From Ostreococcus lucimarinus (taxonomy: Eukaryota): a DNA stretch of 64,000 bases. The stretch is from NCBI GenBank assembly GCA_000092065.1, contig CP000593.1; one strand, written 5' to 3'. Positions within the stretch are counted from its first letter, which is position 1; each line of letters opens with the position of its first letter. Below are positions 19,650 through 28,784 of the stretch, one piece after another. The notes under the pieces are model-generated. The model ran no database searches and was not told the origin of the DNA. It worked only from the letters and a program-made list of their open reading frames with translations. The position numbers and the translations under genes were made by a program.

Positions 19650-20693
19650 ATGCCTCCGACGATGCGTTTCGAGCACTCGAGCCCGACCGCGCGGCTATTT
19701 CACTCTCCCGCGACGGTGAAACCGAGCACGTGGTCGACGGGGGAAAGAACGCTTGACGATTCATCTTCAACCGCCGTCGACGAACTCGACGCCGCGTCCT
19801 ACGCCCGCGTGCTCGAACGAAGAATCGCGGAGCTGGAAGAAATCGTGGAAAAAACGCGAAATACCACCGGTGATGGGAAGTACGCGGCGATGGAGGCGAA
19901 GTGCGCGGCGTTGCGGGCGGAGAATGCGAGGCTCAAGGCGACGACGTCGACCGCGGCGCCGCTCCGAGACGTGACGAACGGCTCGCGAGCGCGGGAATCG
20001 ACGCCGATGCGAGCGTTGAAGAGTCGATTGAGTGAATCCACGGCGGCGATGGCGGTCGAGAACGAACTGCGGGTGGAGTTGGCGAAGGCGAAATCGACGG
20101 CGGCGGCGGAGAGCGCCCGCGCGGAGAAGCGGTTTAATAAAGCTTTGGAGACGGCGTCTGAAAACGAAGAGTGGCTGGCGAGCGCGCTTCGAGCAAAATG
20201 TGATGAAGTTGAAAAGAGTGAGGCGAAGAGGCGAGGCATGGACGCGAGAATGGGCGAATTACAAGACGCCTTGCGCGTCAGCGAATCGCGTCTTCGCGAG
20301 GCGTTGAACAACCTCGATGAATATCGCGCAGAGGTCAAATCGTCCATCAAACGCGAGAAAAAGCACGCAAAAATCATGCACGACAAGTATAAGGCGTGTA
20401 AGCGTGAAAGAGCGCAGCTTGAAGCGGAAGTTGACGCGCTGCGTGAACTCGCGTCGACGCCTCCGCCGGATGCGACGCCCGGGTCGGTTTCCTACACCCG
20501 CGCCGCGGAATCCGCCGTCAAAATCGCATCATTCGCGATGGAATTCGCGATGGAGTACCCTTCCCCATTCGCCGCTTTCGCCGTGGCTTTATTCCACGCC
20601 TTATCTTGGCTCTTTCTTCGCCGCGGACCTTCCAGTGTCCTCGCGCCCCCCGAGCGCTTCGACGTCTCCGGCTTCCTCACCGTTTTCCCTTAG
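19650..20693 (+). CDS. Coiled-coil protein with a C-terminal hydrophobic segment (possibly tail-anchored)
   Basis: 347 aa with an ATG at 19650. The central region is heptad-like (RIAELEEIVEK…RLKATT…). The C-terminal PFAAFAVALFHALSWLFLRRG is hydrophobic. No family recognised. Confidence 0.45.
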   Translation: MPPTMRFEHSSPTARLFHSPATVKPSTWSTGERTLDDSSSTAVDELDAASYARVLERRIAELEEIVEKTRNTTGDGKYAAMEAKCAALRAENARLKATTSTAAPLRDVTNGSRARESTPMRALKSRLSESTAAMAVENELRVELAKAKSTAAAESARAEKRFNKALETASENEEWLASALRAKCDEVEKSEAKRRGMDARMGELQDALRVSESRLREALNNLDEYRAEVKSSIKREKKHAKIMHDKYKACKRERAQLEAEVDALRELASTPPPDATPGSVSYTRAAESAVKIASFAMEFAMEYPSPFAAFAVALFHALSWLFLRRGPSSVLAPPERFDVSGFLTVFP

Positions 20694-20908
20694 TCTCTCT
20701 CTTCCTATCTCCCTCGTGTCGTCGCATTCATTATTAATTTATATCCTTTCGAACGCGCGTCGTCGTCCCTCGCGCGTCGTCGTCCCTCGCGACGTCCCGC
20801 TCGCGCGGCCTCGCCTCGCGTCCCGAGGGCTGACGTCAGCCGACGTCACGCATCCACCGCGCGCTTCACAATCCGTCGCGCGCCGCGAACGCGCCCGACG
20901 CCGATCGA

Positions 20909-21877
20909 ATGCACGCCGCGATGACGCACGCGATGACGCGCGCGATGCCGCCCGCGCGCGCGGCGCCCGCGCGTCGCGCGACGACGACGACGACGACGGC
21001 GCGTCGCGTCTTATCCGCTCGGTCCGCCGTCCGCGCGCGCGCGAGCGCGGCGATCGCGAGCCCGGACGCGCGCGCGAAGGAGGCGCAGGCGTGGATCGAC
21101 GCGTGGAAGAGCGGCGCGAGCGCGGGCGCGGCGGGCGCGGCGGGCGCGGCGGCGGCGGCGACGACGACGACGTTTGAGCTGCGCCGCGGGTCTCGAAAGG
21201 TGTCCGACGAAAAGGAAGCCGCGCTGCTGAGCACGACGTCGTTCGGCACGATCGGTCTGAGCGTTGGATTGCCTCTGCTGCTGTACGGGTTCTGCGCGTA
21301 CTTTTCGTTCCTGCCGGGGGCGGACATCTCGGCGTTGATGTTGATTTACGGCTTTCCGATTTCGCTCATCGGCTTCGCGCTGAAGTACGCCGAGTTGGAA
21401 CCGTTGAAGCTCGTGACGTACGAGGACGCTTTGAAAGTGCGGGAGGAACAAACGACGCCGATCTTGACTCAAGTGCGAGGGGACGTGACGCGATACAGAT
21501 ACGGAGATGAGCAACATTTGGAGGAGGCGCTGAAGATTATTTTCCGCTTCAACCGACCGGGCGGTTTGCGAAGAAACCAAGCCCCCGAGCTCGTGGGGTT
21601 GTCCGAACAGATCATCAACGATCGTTACGCGTTGTGCCTCGAGTTCGATTCGCCCAAGATGGACTTCACCGAGTGGACCGATCGCGTGAGCAAGATTACG
21701 ACGTTTTTCGGTCCGGGCGTCATCGCCGCGGCGACGCGCATCGACGGCGACGAGCACAAGGTTGAGATCGCGTTGATCACCACCGGCGAGGGCGGCGGGG
21801 AGATGCAAGACATGGAAGTCTTACCTCCGCTCGCCCCTGGACAACCCGCTCGATACGTCAAGCGCGGTACCGCGTAA
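20909..21877 (+). CDS. Hypothetical membrane protein with an organelle (plastid-like) presequence
   Basis: 322 aa. The N-terminus is Ala/Arg/Thr-rich without acidic residues. Two hydrophobic helices follow (FGTIGLSVGLPLLLYGFCAYFSF, LMLIYGFPISLIGFAL), and then a balanced soluble domain. Confidence 0.5.
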   Translation: MHAAMTHAMTRAMPPARAAPARRATTTTTTARRVLSARSAVRARASAAIASPDARAKEAQAWIDAWKSGASAGAAGAAGAAAAATTTTFELRRGSRKVSDEKEAALLSTTSFGTIGLSVGLPLLLYGFCAYFSFLPGADISALMLIYGFPISLIGFALKYAELEPLKLVTYEDALKVREEQTTPILTQVRGDVTRYRYGDEQHLEEALKIIFRFNRPGGLRRNQAPELVGLSEQIINDRYALCLEFDSPKMDFTEWTDRVSKITTFFGPGVIAAATRIDGDEHKVEIALITTGEGGGEMQDMEVLPPLAPGQPARYVKRGTA

Positions 21878-21944
21878 TAAAATCCTTTGTAGTACACGAC
21901 ACCGATTCGCCTCGACTCGCCGCAGACGCCGCCTCGCGCGCGCG

Positions 21945-23546
21945 ATGACCGCGCCCGATCTCTCCCGCTTCGACGAAGGCTCGAGCGATGAGGACGATTT
22001 CATCGCTCGCGTGCGCGCGCGCGAGCTCGCCGAGGGCGCCGACGACGCGAGCGCCGCCGCCGACGCGTCGCCGCCGACGACGAGCGGCGGCGGCGGCGAC
22101 GATAAAACCGACGCCGACGCGCGCGTGAGCGCGAATCGCGCGTCCAAGCTCGAACGCGCGCGAGAAAAGAAGCGCAAGGCCAAGCAAGCGCGCGCAAAAC
22201 GGCGTAAACTGGAAGAGGGACGACCGCGAGGAACGGACGAGACGGAAGGCGGCGGCGACGCGGCGAACGCCGACGACGAAGACAAGGTGTTCCACGGCAC
22301 GTTTAACGTCGAGGGCGTGGTGATGAACGACGAATTAGTGCTCGTGGATAAAAAGTCTAAAGCCGTGTACTCGAGCACGGAGCGTACGGCGAATGGGGAA
22401 CACGTCAGGATCGGGACGTGGGACGACGCGACGCAGAGCTATACGTATTGGAAACCGGCGGAGAAGAAAAAGGATGAGAGAAAAGAGAAAGGGGCGGTTT
22501 TGAACGAGCGTGGGGAGACGATACCGGCGATCTTTAAGGGGAACGCGAAGTTAGCGGAAGAATTTAAGGCGCCGGCGGAGGTAGAGCATCCGTTCGAGAC
22601 GGACGCGGACGACCACTGCGAGACGTCGCCTGAGGCGCACGAAAACGTAGCGAATTTCTTAAAGGCGGCGTGCGGGCGCTTGAATAAAACGCCCGCCGAC
22701 CTGGTGATTTATGACCCTTACTACTGCGCCGGAGGTACGCGAAGGAACTTGGCTTTGATTGGATTCACGAACGTCATCAATCGCAACGAAGATTTTTACA
22801 AAGTCATCGAAGAGGGGCGCGTGCCCGAGCACGACGTCTTCCTGACAAATCCACCGTACTCTGCTGACCACATAGAGAAGTGCGTGACGTTTGCGGCAGA
22901 AAATCTTGCTGCACACGGCCGTCCGTACATGCTGCTCTTGCCCTCGTACGTCATTCACAAGGATTACTACCTGCCCGCGTTGCTCACGGGCGGCTCGCGA
23001 GGGAAGGAAAAGGCGAAATCGCTCGAGCTTCAGCGCAAAGACGAGGAAAACAACGAAGATGACGTCGAGGAGAATGACGATGGTATCAAGCGTCACGGTG
23101 GTGGTGCCGCTCGAGCGCAAATCTTGCCATTCTACATCGCGCCGAAGAAGCGTTATTATTATTGGACACCCAAGGCGATGGTGAAGGCGCGCGCCGCCAA
23201 AGGTCAAAGCGAAGAAAGCGCCAAGGCGCGTCGCAAGCGAACGCACATAGGCGCCCTGGGTGAACGTACCTCACCGTTTCTGTCGTTCTGGTACTGCTGT
23301 TTCGGGTCGATGCAGCGCGATGTGTTGGCGTGGCACAAAAAGTTGCCTCGTAGCGAAGTTTGGGGGTACGTGGTGGCGCGACACCCGAACGATTTGCCGC
23401 TCGCCGTGCTAGACGAATGGGATCCGCGCAGGATCGCCGCCATGGAAAAAGCCAAGGCTGATGGAGTGGAAATCCCGCAGCTTAGTTCGTACGCCGGTTT
23501 TACCGGCGCCGCGCAATCCCCAGCCAAGAAGAAATTCTACAAATGA
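21945..23546 (+). CDS. Putative gamma-class amino-methyltransferase-like protein with an NPPY catalytic motif (N6-adenine/HemK-like fold); function unknown
   Basis: 533 aa. LVIYDPYYCAGG (motif I-like, x-D-P-x-x-C-x-G) is followed about 55 aa later by VFLTNPPY (motif IV). The N-terminal 120 aa are acidic/basic and low-complexity. The C-terminal Lys-rich region contains ILPFYIAPKKRYYYWTP. Confidence 0.6.
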   Translation: MTAPDLSRFDEGSSDEDDFIARVRARELAEGADDASAAADASPPTTSGGGGDDKTDADARVSANRASKLERAREKKRKAKQARAKRRKLEEGRPRGTDETEGGGDAANADDEDKVFHGTFNVEGVVMNDELVLVDKKSKAVYSSTERTANGEHVRIGTWDDATQSYTYWKPAEKKKDERKEKGAVLNERGETIPAIFKGNAKLAEEFKAPAEVEHPFETDADDHCETSPEAHENVANFLKAACGRLNKTPADLVIYDPYYCAGGTRRNLALIGFTNVINRNEDFYKVIEEGRVPEHDVFLTNPPYSADHIEKCVTFAAENLAAHGRPYMLLLPSYVIHKDYYLPALLTGGSRGKEKAKSLELQRKDEENNEDDVEENDDGIKRHGGGAARAQILPFYIAPKKRYYYWTPKAMVKARAAKGQSEESAKARRKRTHIGALGERTSPFLSFWYCCFGSMQRDVLAWHKKLPRSEVWGYVVARHPNDLPLAVLDEWDPRRIAAMEKAKADGVEIPQLSSYAGFTGAAQSPAKKKFYK

Positions 23547-23701
23547 AATCGTTTTACAAGCCTGCGTTTTATAATGCACAAATGCCTATAGATAGAATAC
23601 AACACGAACACATTATCACTCGTTCTCCATGCCACACGCGTACACGAGCATCGCTGCGCGCGTAGAGCGTGGAAAACCACCGGAGGTGAGTCTATGAACC
23701 G

Positions 23702-24461
23702 TTAAGCTTTGAACCTTCGAGTCGCGAAAACGAGCGCCTCTACACGCGAAGAATGGTTAGAAACAAACGCCGTTCGACGACGAACGCGCGCGCGCGCGAC
23801 GACAACACACGCACCTTGCACCGACATCGGAAGCTCTGAAATATCGACCGAGATATCTTCCGCGAAGATCGGCAAATCGCACAGCGTGAAGAGCAAATTT
23901 GGTTCCTCTGAGATCGCGTAAATCGTATCCTCGTCGCTCTCCGAAGCCCAAATCCGCGTGATGCACGCTTGCGTGCGCCGTATGCGATCTTCCAAATCGT
24001 CACACATCAACAGTTTCGGACAATCCATCACCATGGCGCTAATCTTTCCCACCTTAAACGCCCCTCGCAGCGTCAACAAGTTCGCCGTCGCCCTCGCGAT
24101 GTCGCACGTCGCCACCTCCGTGCACCGCCCCACGAGCGCGCCCACGTTCATTCCCGGCACCCCTCCCAGCGCGCGCTCCAACCGATCGAACTGCACCATC
24201 AACTTTTCGACGTCTTGAAAGTACGCGTCCCCGATGTACAGCTCCCTCGCCGCGCGCTCCGCGTCGAGCGTTCGCGCGCCCTTCCCCTTCAAAAACTCCT
24301 CCACCCGCACGCACTCGAACGCCGCGCCGCGTCCGTCGCCCGCGTCGAACGTTCGCGCGAGCTCCGCGCGCGCCTGTTCGTTCGCCATTCGCGCGGCCTC
24401 GGCGAGGATCTCTCTCGCTTCGTCGATCGCCGCGCGCAGTTCGTCCTCTCGCATGCGTCCA

Positions 24462-24493
<32 letters not shown>

Positions 24494-24604
24494 CGCGCGC
24501 GCGCGCGCGACGCGCGTCGCTCGACGACCGCCCTTTCGCGCGCGTCGCCTCGCGCGCGCGCGCGTCGGCGCCGCCGCGGCCGCGCGTCCGCGCGCGCGCG
24601 ACAT
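23702..24604 (-). CDS. mTERF-like (mitochondrial transcription termination factor family) protein, tentative
   Basis: ORF 23702-24739. Repeated P.LL-containing helical units are present (ISAMVMDCPKLLMCDDLEDRI, ISEEPNLLFTLCDLPIF). The ORF start at 24739 would overlap the divergent kinase, so ATG 24604 (MSRARGRAAAAAPTRARARRRARK… presequence-like) is used. An alternative start is ATG 24454, just 3' of the (GAC)n run. Confidence 0.4.
24462..24493 (-). repeat. (GAC)10-11 microsatellite (poly-Asp if translated) at the 5' end of the mTERF-like gene
   Basis: The plus strand reads tcgtcgtcgtcgtcgtcgtcgtcgtcgtcgtc. Confidence 0.8.
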
Positions 24605-24677
24605 CGTGCGGCGTCGCGCTTCGCGGCGTCGCACTTCGCGGCGCGCGCGCGGACGATCGACGCGCGCGACGCGCGCC

Positions 24678-26388
24678 ATGGCGAGCGACGCGAGCGAGGG
24701 CGCGAGCGACGCGCCGGGCGCGCCGTCGGCGTACCCCACGAACGCGTCGGCGTACGAGCTGCTCGAGGAGATCGGGCACGGCGTGAGCGCGACGGTGCGC
24801 GCGAGGCGAACGACGCGACGCGACGCGACGCGACGCGACGACGACGCGCGAGACGACGCGCGCGCGATGACGCGAGACGGACGCGGGACTGACGGGCGAG
24901 CGATGGTGTCGGCGCGCGACGCAGGTGTGGCGAGCGCGATGCGCGACGAACGACGAAGTCGTCGCGGTGAAGGTTTTGGATCTCGAGGAACACGAGCCGG
25001 AACACCTGGACGAGATCCGACGCGAGGCGCAGACGATGAGCATGCTGAGTCATCCGAATTTGGTGAAATATTATAGCTCGTTCGTGAACGAGGCGTCGCT
25101 TTGGGTGGTGATGCCGTATCTCGCGGGGGGATCGGCGCTGAATTTGATGAAGTGGTCGCATCCGGGAGGTTTCGAGGAACCCGTCATCGCGTGCATCGTC
25201 AAGGCGGCGCTCAAGGCGCTGGATTACTTTCATCGTAATGGGAATATTCATCGAGACATCAAGGCTGGGAACATTTTGGTGGATGAGAACGGGGCGGTGA
25301 AGCTGGCCGATTTCGGCGTGAGCGCTTCGTGTTGGGGTTCGGGAGGCCGACCGCGGTCGCACCAGACTTTTGTCGGCACGCCGTGCTGGATGGCGCCAGA
25401 GGTGATGGAGCAAGAGAACGGGTACGATTTTCACGCCGACATTTGGTCGCTCGGGATCACGGTGCTGGAGTTGTGCCACGGGCACGCGCCGTTTTCCAAG
25501 TTTCCGCCGATGAAGGTGCTCTTGATGACGCTTCAAAACCCAGCGCCGACGCTCGAAGAGCAACCCGAAGACGGTCGGCATTTCTCTCGCGCCCTTCGCG
25601 AGTTCGTCAGTCTTTGCCTGCAAAAGGATCCGTCCAAGCGCCCGCCGGCGAGCAAGCTTTTGGAGCACAAATTTTTGAAGGAGGCGAAGAAAGCCGATTG
25701 GCTCGCGAAGACGTTGCTCGAAAACATCCCTTCTCTGGGCGATCGCACGCGCATGCTCGCCGAACGCGAGGCGAAACGGCGCGCGGAATCGAACGCCGTG
25801 GGTGAGGCGCAAGCGGAAGCCGCTTCGAACGAAGCTTACAAGCACGGGGTGTCTAATTGGAATTTTGACGTCGACGAATTGAAGGCGCAGGCGGCGGCGA
25901 TGGACGATCCCGCGGTGGCTGAATCCAACGCCATCGCCGCGGCGAACGCGCTCGAAAACATGCACATGGGCGAAAAGAGGAGCATCGAGAAGAAAGGCCG
26001 ATTCGAAATCATCACCGAAGACGCGCCCGAGTCGTCGGCGACGTCGCAAACGGTGCAGCGACGAGGACGGTTTGACATCATCGAGGACAACCAGCGCGGC
26101 AGCCGAAGCACGTCTCCCACGCCCGCGAGCTCACCCGCGCCGGGCGTTTCGCGCACAAAGAAGGCGGTACAAAAAGGTCGATTCACCGTGCACTCCGAAG
26201 CCGGCGCGGACGACATGGGCGTGGATCTACGCTACTTTTCCGAAGTCGCGCAATCCGCCGCCTCCGTCTCCGCCGCCCTCCGCGATCTCTACGCCCAAGC
26301 CCAAGCCCAAGCGACCGCCATCGCCGAGCTTCGCGACGAGAACGCCCGTCTCCGCGCCCGCGTCGCCGAGCTCTCCGAACGCGCCTAG
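24678..26388 (+). CDS. STE20-family Ser/Thr kinase, OSR1/SPAK-like; two exons (24678-24794 and 24925-26388)
   Basis: Exon 1 (ATG 24678) ends …YELLEEIGHGVSAT. Exon 2 (the ORF-track ORF begins with GTG at 24925, right after a CAG) reads VWRARCATNDEVVAVKV…HRDIKAGNILV…DFGVSA…GTPCWMAPE. Joining them gives GHGVSATVWRARCATNDEVVAVK, which is co-linear residue for residue with human OSR1 GSGATAVVQAAYCAPKKEKVAIK. A frame change of +1 is required and is supplied by a 130-nt intron. Confidence 0.8.
24795..24924 (+). other. Spliceosomal intron (130 nt, GTGCGC…CAG, phase 0) in the STE20-like kinase gene
   Basis: The donor is gtgcgc at 24795. The putative branch point is gggACTGACgg about 33 nt before the acceptor cag at 24922-24924. 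The intron contains a (GACGC)n-like tandem repeat. It is the only arrangement that restores the kinase subdomain I-II spacing. Confidence 0.7.
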
Positions 26389-26453
26389 ACGCGCGCTTCA
26401 CATCGACTCTGTAACATCACCCGACGCCGCCTCGCGTCCCGAACCCGTCGTCC

Positions 26454-26735
26454 TCACTCCCCCGGAATCATCTCGTACGACCACCCGCGCGCGCCTCGCG
26501 CCGTCATCCACATCACCGTCGTCGCGTACCCTCCCGCCAGCGCGCACATCCCTCCCACCACCGTCAGCGCCGTCGTCGTCCCTCGCGCCGCGTGCGCGTC
26601 CGCCTCGATCGCGCCCAGCGCGAAGAGCGCGCGCGTCCCGAGCATCGCCGTCCCCAGCGCGAGCAGCGTCGGTCCCAGGCACTTCGTCTTCGTCGGCAGT
26701 CGCGCCCACGCCCGCGCCCGCGCCCGCGCGTCCAT
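26454..26735 (-). CDS. Small hypothetical membrane protein (about 93 aa), low confidence
   Basis: The C-terminal part of minus ORF 26454-27320, starting at ATG 26735, is MDARARARAWARLPTKTKCLGPTLLALGTAMLGTRALFALGAIEADAHAARGTTTALTVVGGMCALAGGYATTVMWMTARGARGWSYEMIPGE, which has two hydrophobic helices. It lies in an otherwise gene-free ~900-bp gap. The Ala/Gly richness could also be a GC artefact. Confidence 0.25.
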   Translation of the reverse strand: MDARARARAWARLPTKTKCLGPTLLALGTAMLGTRALFALGAIEADAHAARGTTTALTVVGGMCALAGGYATTVMWMTARGARGWSYEMIPGE

Positions 26736-27298
26736 CTCGTCGTCGTCGTCGTCGTCGTCCTCGTCCTCGCGCGCGGGATCGCGGAACTGGTCGGCGTGCA
26801 TCGCGCGCGCGCGTCGCTCGACGATCCTGTGCCGCATGCGTCGCGCGCGCGTCGACGACGACGCGCGAATGCGCGGCGCGCGCGCGGGACGGTCGAGCGA
26901 CGCGCGACGCCGCGTCGATCGCGACGCGTCGTCGTCGACGCGCGCGCGAGGCGGTCGTCGACGCGCGGCGCGGTGACGGCCGCGTCGAACGACGTAACAG
27001 CGTTCGTTGTTACGGGCGCGCTTCCCGCGCGCGCGTCGTCGGGGAGGCGAAGCGCCGAAAATAGAAGTCGGCGAAGCGACGCATCGCGACGCATCGCGAC
27101 GCATCGCGACGCGCGGAGAGCGGTGAACGAACGCGATGGAGGGCGAAACGAACGCGAGGACGCGGCGCGCGGTGGAGTGCGTGACTCTGGCGAATCTTCC
27201 GGGGATGATTGGAACGCCGACGGTGCGTCGTCGCGCGCGGATGGCGGCCGTCGCGCGCGCGCGAAGACTCGACTCGAACGACTCACGACGGAGCGTCG

Positions 27299-28741
27299 AT
27301 GCGTCGTCGCGCGCAGGCATCGATGAAACCGAAGACGCAATCGCTGAGTTTTGTGAATGGCTACGCGATTCCTCGAGACTCGGACGGCGAGGTCGATGTG
27401 TTCGACGCGAACGCGTTCGCGGACGCGCCCGCGCGCGGCGAGGCGAAGGCGTACGCGCCCGAGTACGTTAAATTGCACGGGCTCGTCTTGCGATTTAACG
27501 CGTATTTTGATGAAACCGTCGAAAACGGTCAAAAGGAGAGCGCGAGATGCCGGAAATGCGTCATTTACTTTTTCCTCGAGGACGGATCGATCAAAATCAC
27601 GGAACCGCGCGTGGAGAACAGCGGCATGCCCCAAGGCGCGTTTCTCAAGCGTCACGTCGTGCGCGGCGTGACTTTGGGAGATTTAAACGTTGGCAAAGCG
27701 GTAACGATCTACGGGTTCGAGTTTAAAATTTATCGCTGCGATGGATTCACGCGCGATTACCTCGGACGCGTCGGCGTCGATGTCCCGAATGATGAGCGCG
27801 AACCCGACGGCGTCGGTCCGTCGTGGGAGGAGGTTCGGCTCGCGCGTCGCGCCGCGCGTTCTACGAAGAAGGATGCTCGAGGGAAATTTCTCACGCACGA
27901 CAAGCAAGTGCTTCGCTTCTACTGCGTTTGGGACGACAGGTCGAAATTCGGCGACAGGCGAAGATTTGTTCTGACGTTCTTTCTCATCGACGACACCGTC
28001 GCCATCACCGAAGTCGAAGCGAACAAATCGGGGCGAGGAAGCGGGATGTCTTCGACGCTTCTGCACAGGTCCAGATTACCTCTGCGCGATGAAGATGCGA
28101 ACGCCAGAGGTCTAGCGAACGATGATTTCGATTATGTCACCGCGGAAGACTTGCACGTCGGGGACACGATTCGAGTGTACAAGAGAGATTTCTTCATCTA
28201 CGACTGCGACGAATTCACGAAGTCGTGGTACCTGACGAAATTCCCGGGCGAGTTGACGGAGGCTGCTTTCGAGCCGCACGACGTCACCGAGCCCGAGGAT
28301 ACTGTTCCAGCGCATCGCATACCTGAGCACACAGGTCTCGCCATCGGGAGCGAAGAGGACAGCTTGCAAAACTGCATTTCGCTCATTCCCAAGCCGCCGC
28401 GCAAGGACGTCGCGAAGGATGACGAAATCGTTTTGCAGTTTCGCGCCGAAATGGTCCCGATCAGCGACGCTGATGAAGTGTGCGAATTCGATGCTTCGCG
28501 TCGTTTTGTGGTCTCGTTCCACGTCGGTGACAAGACGTTGTCAATTTTCGAACAAGCGTCAAAGGACAGTTGCTCGAGCAAGTTTCTGGAGCGCGCCAGA
28601 GTCAGGAAGCGCGACGAGACGGGCGCGTTTTACGACTTGCGCGACATGCGCGTGGGTTCGGTGCTCGAAATTCACTCTCGCGCTTTCAAGCTCGGCGAGA
28701 GCGACGAATTCACGCGCAAGTACCTCGAAAACGCGGTGTGA
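27299..28741 (+). CDS. EFHC1/EFHC2/Rib72-like protein with three DM10 domains (ciliary microtubule inner protein)
   Basis: Conserved blocks recalled from human EFHC1 are present: LSFVNGYAIPRDS (LSYRNGYAIVRRP), NSGMPQGAFLKRHVV (NSGILQGKLIKRQRL), FKIYRCDGFTRDYL (FRVVDCDQFTQVFL), QNCISLIPKPPRKDV (QNCFALIPKAPKKDV). DM10 domains 1-3 are evident. The ATG is at 27299 (alternative 27323). Confidence 0.85.
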   Translation: MRRRAQASMKPKTQSLSFVNGYAIPRDSDGEVDVFDANAFADAPARGEAKAYAPEYVKLHGLVLRFNAYFDETVENGQKESARCRKCVIYFFLEDGSIKITEPRVENSGMPQGAFLKRHVVRGVTLGDLNVGKAVTIYGFEFKIYRCDGFTRDYLGRVGVDVPNDEREPDGVGPSWEEVRLARRAARSTKKDARGKFLTHDKQVLRFYCVWDDRSKFGDRRRFVLTFFLIDDTVAITEVEANKSGRGSGMSSTLLHRSRLPLRDEDANARGLANDDFDYVTAEDLHVGDTIRVYKRDFFIYDCDEFTKSWYLTKFPGELTEAAFEPHDVTEPEDTVPAHRIPEHTGLAIGSEEDSLQNCISLIPKPPRKDVAKDDEIVLQFRAEMVPISDADEVCEFDASRRFVVSFHVGDKTLSIFEQASKDSCSSKFLERARVRKRDETGAFYDLRDMRVGSVLEIHSRAFKLGESDEFTRKYLENAV

Positions 28742-28784
28742 GCGCGTGATTGCTGACGCGTGAATATATGTAATGCATTGCTCG

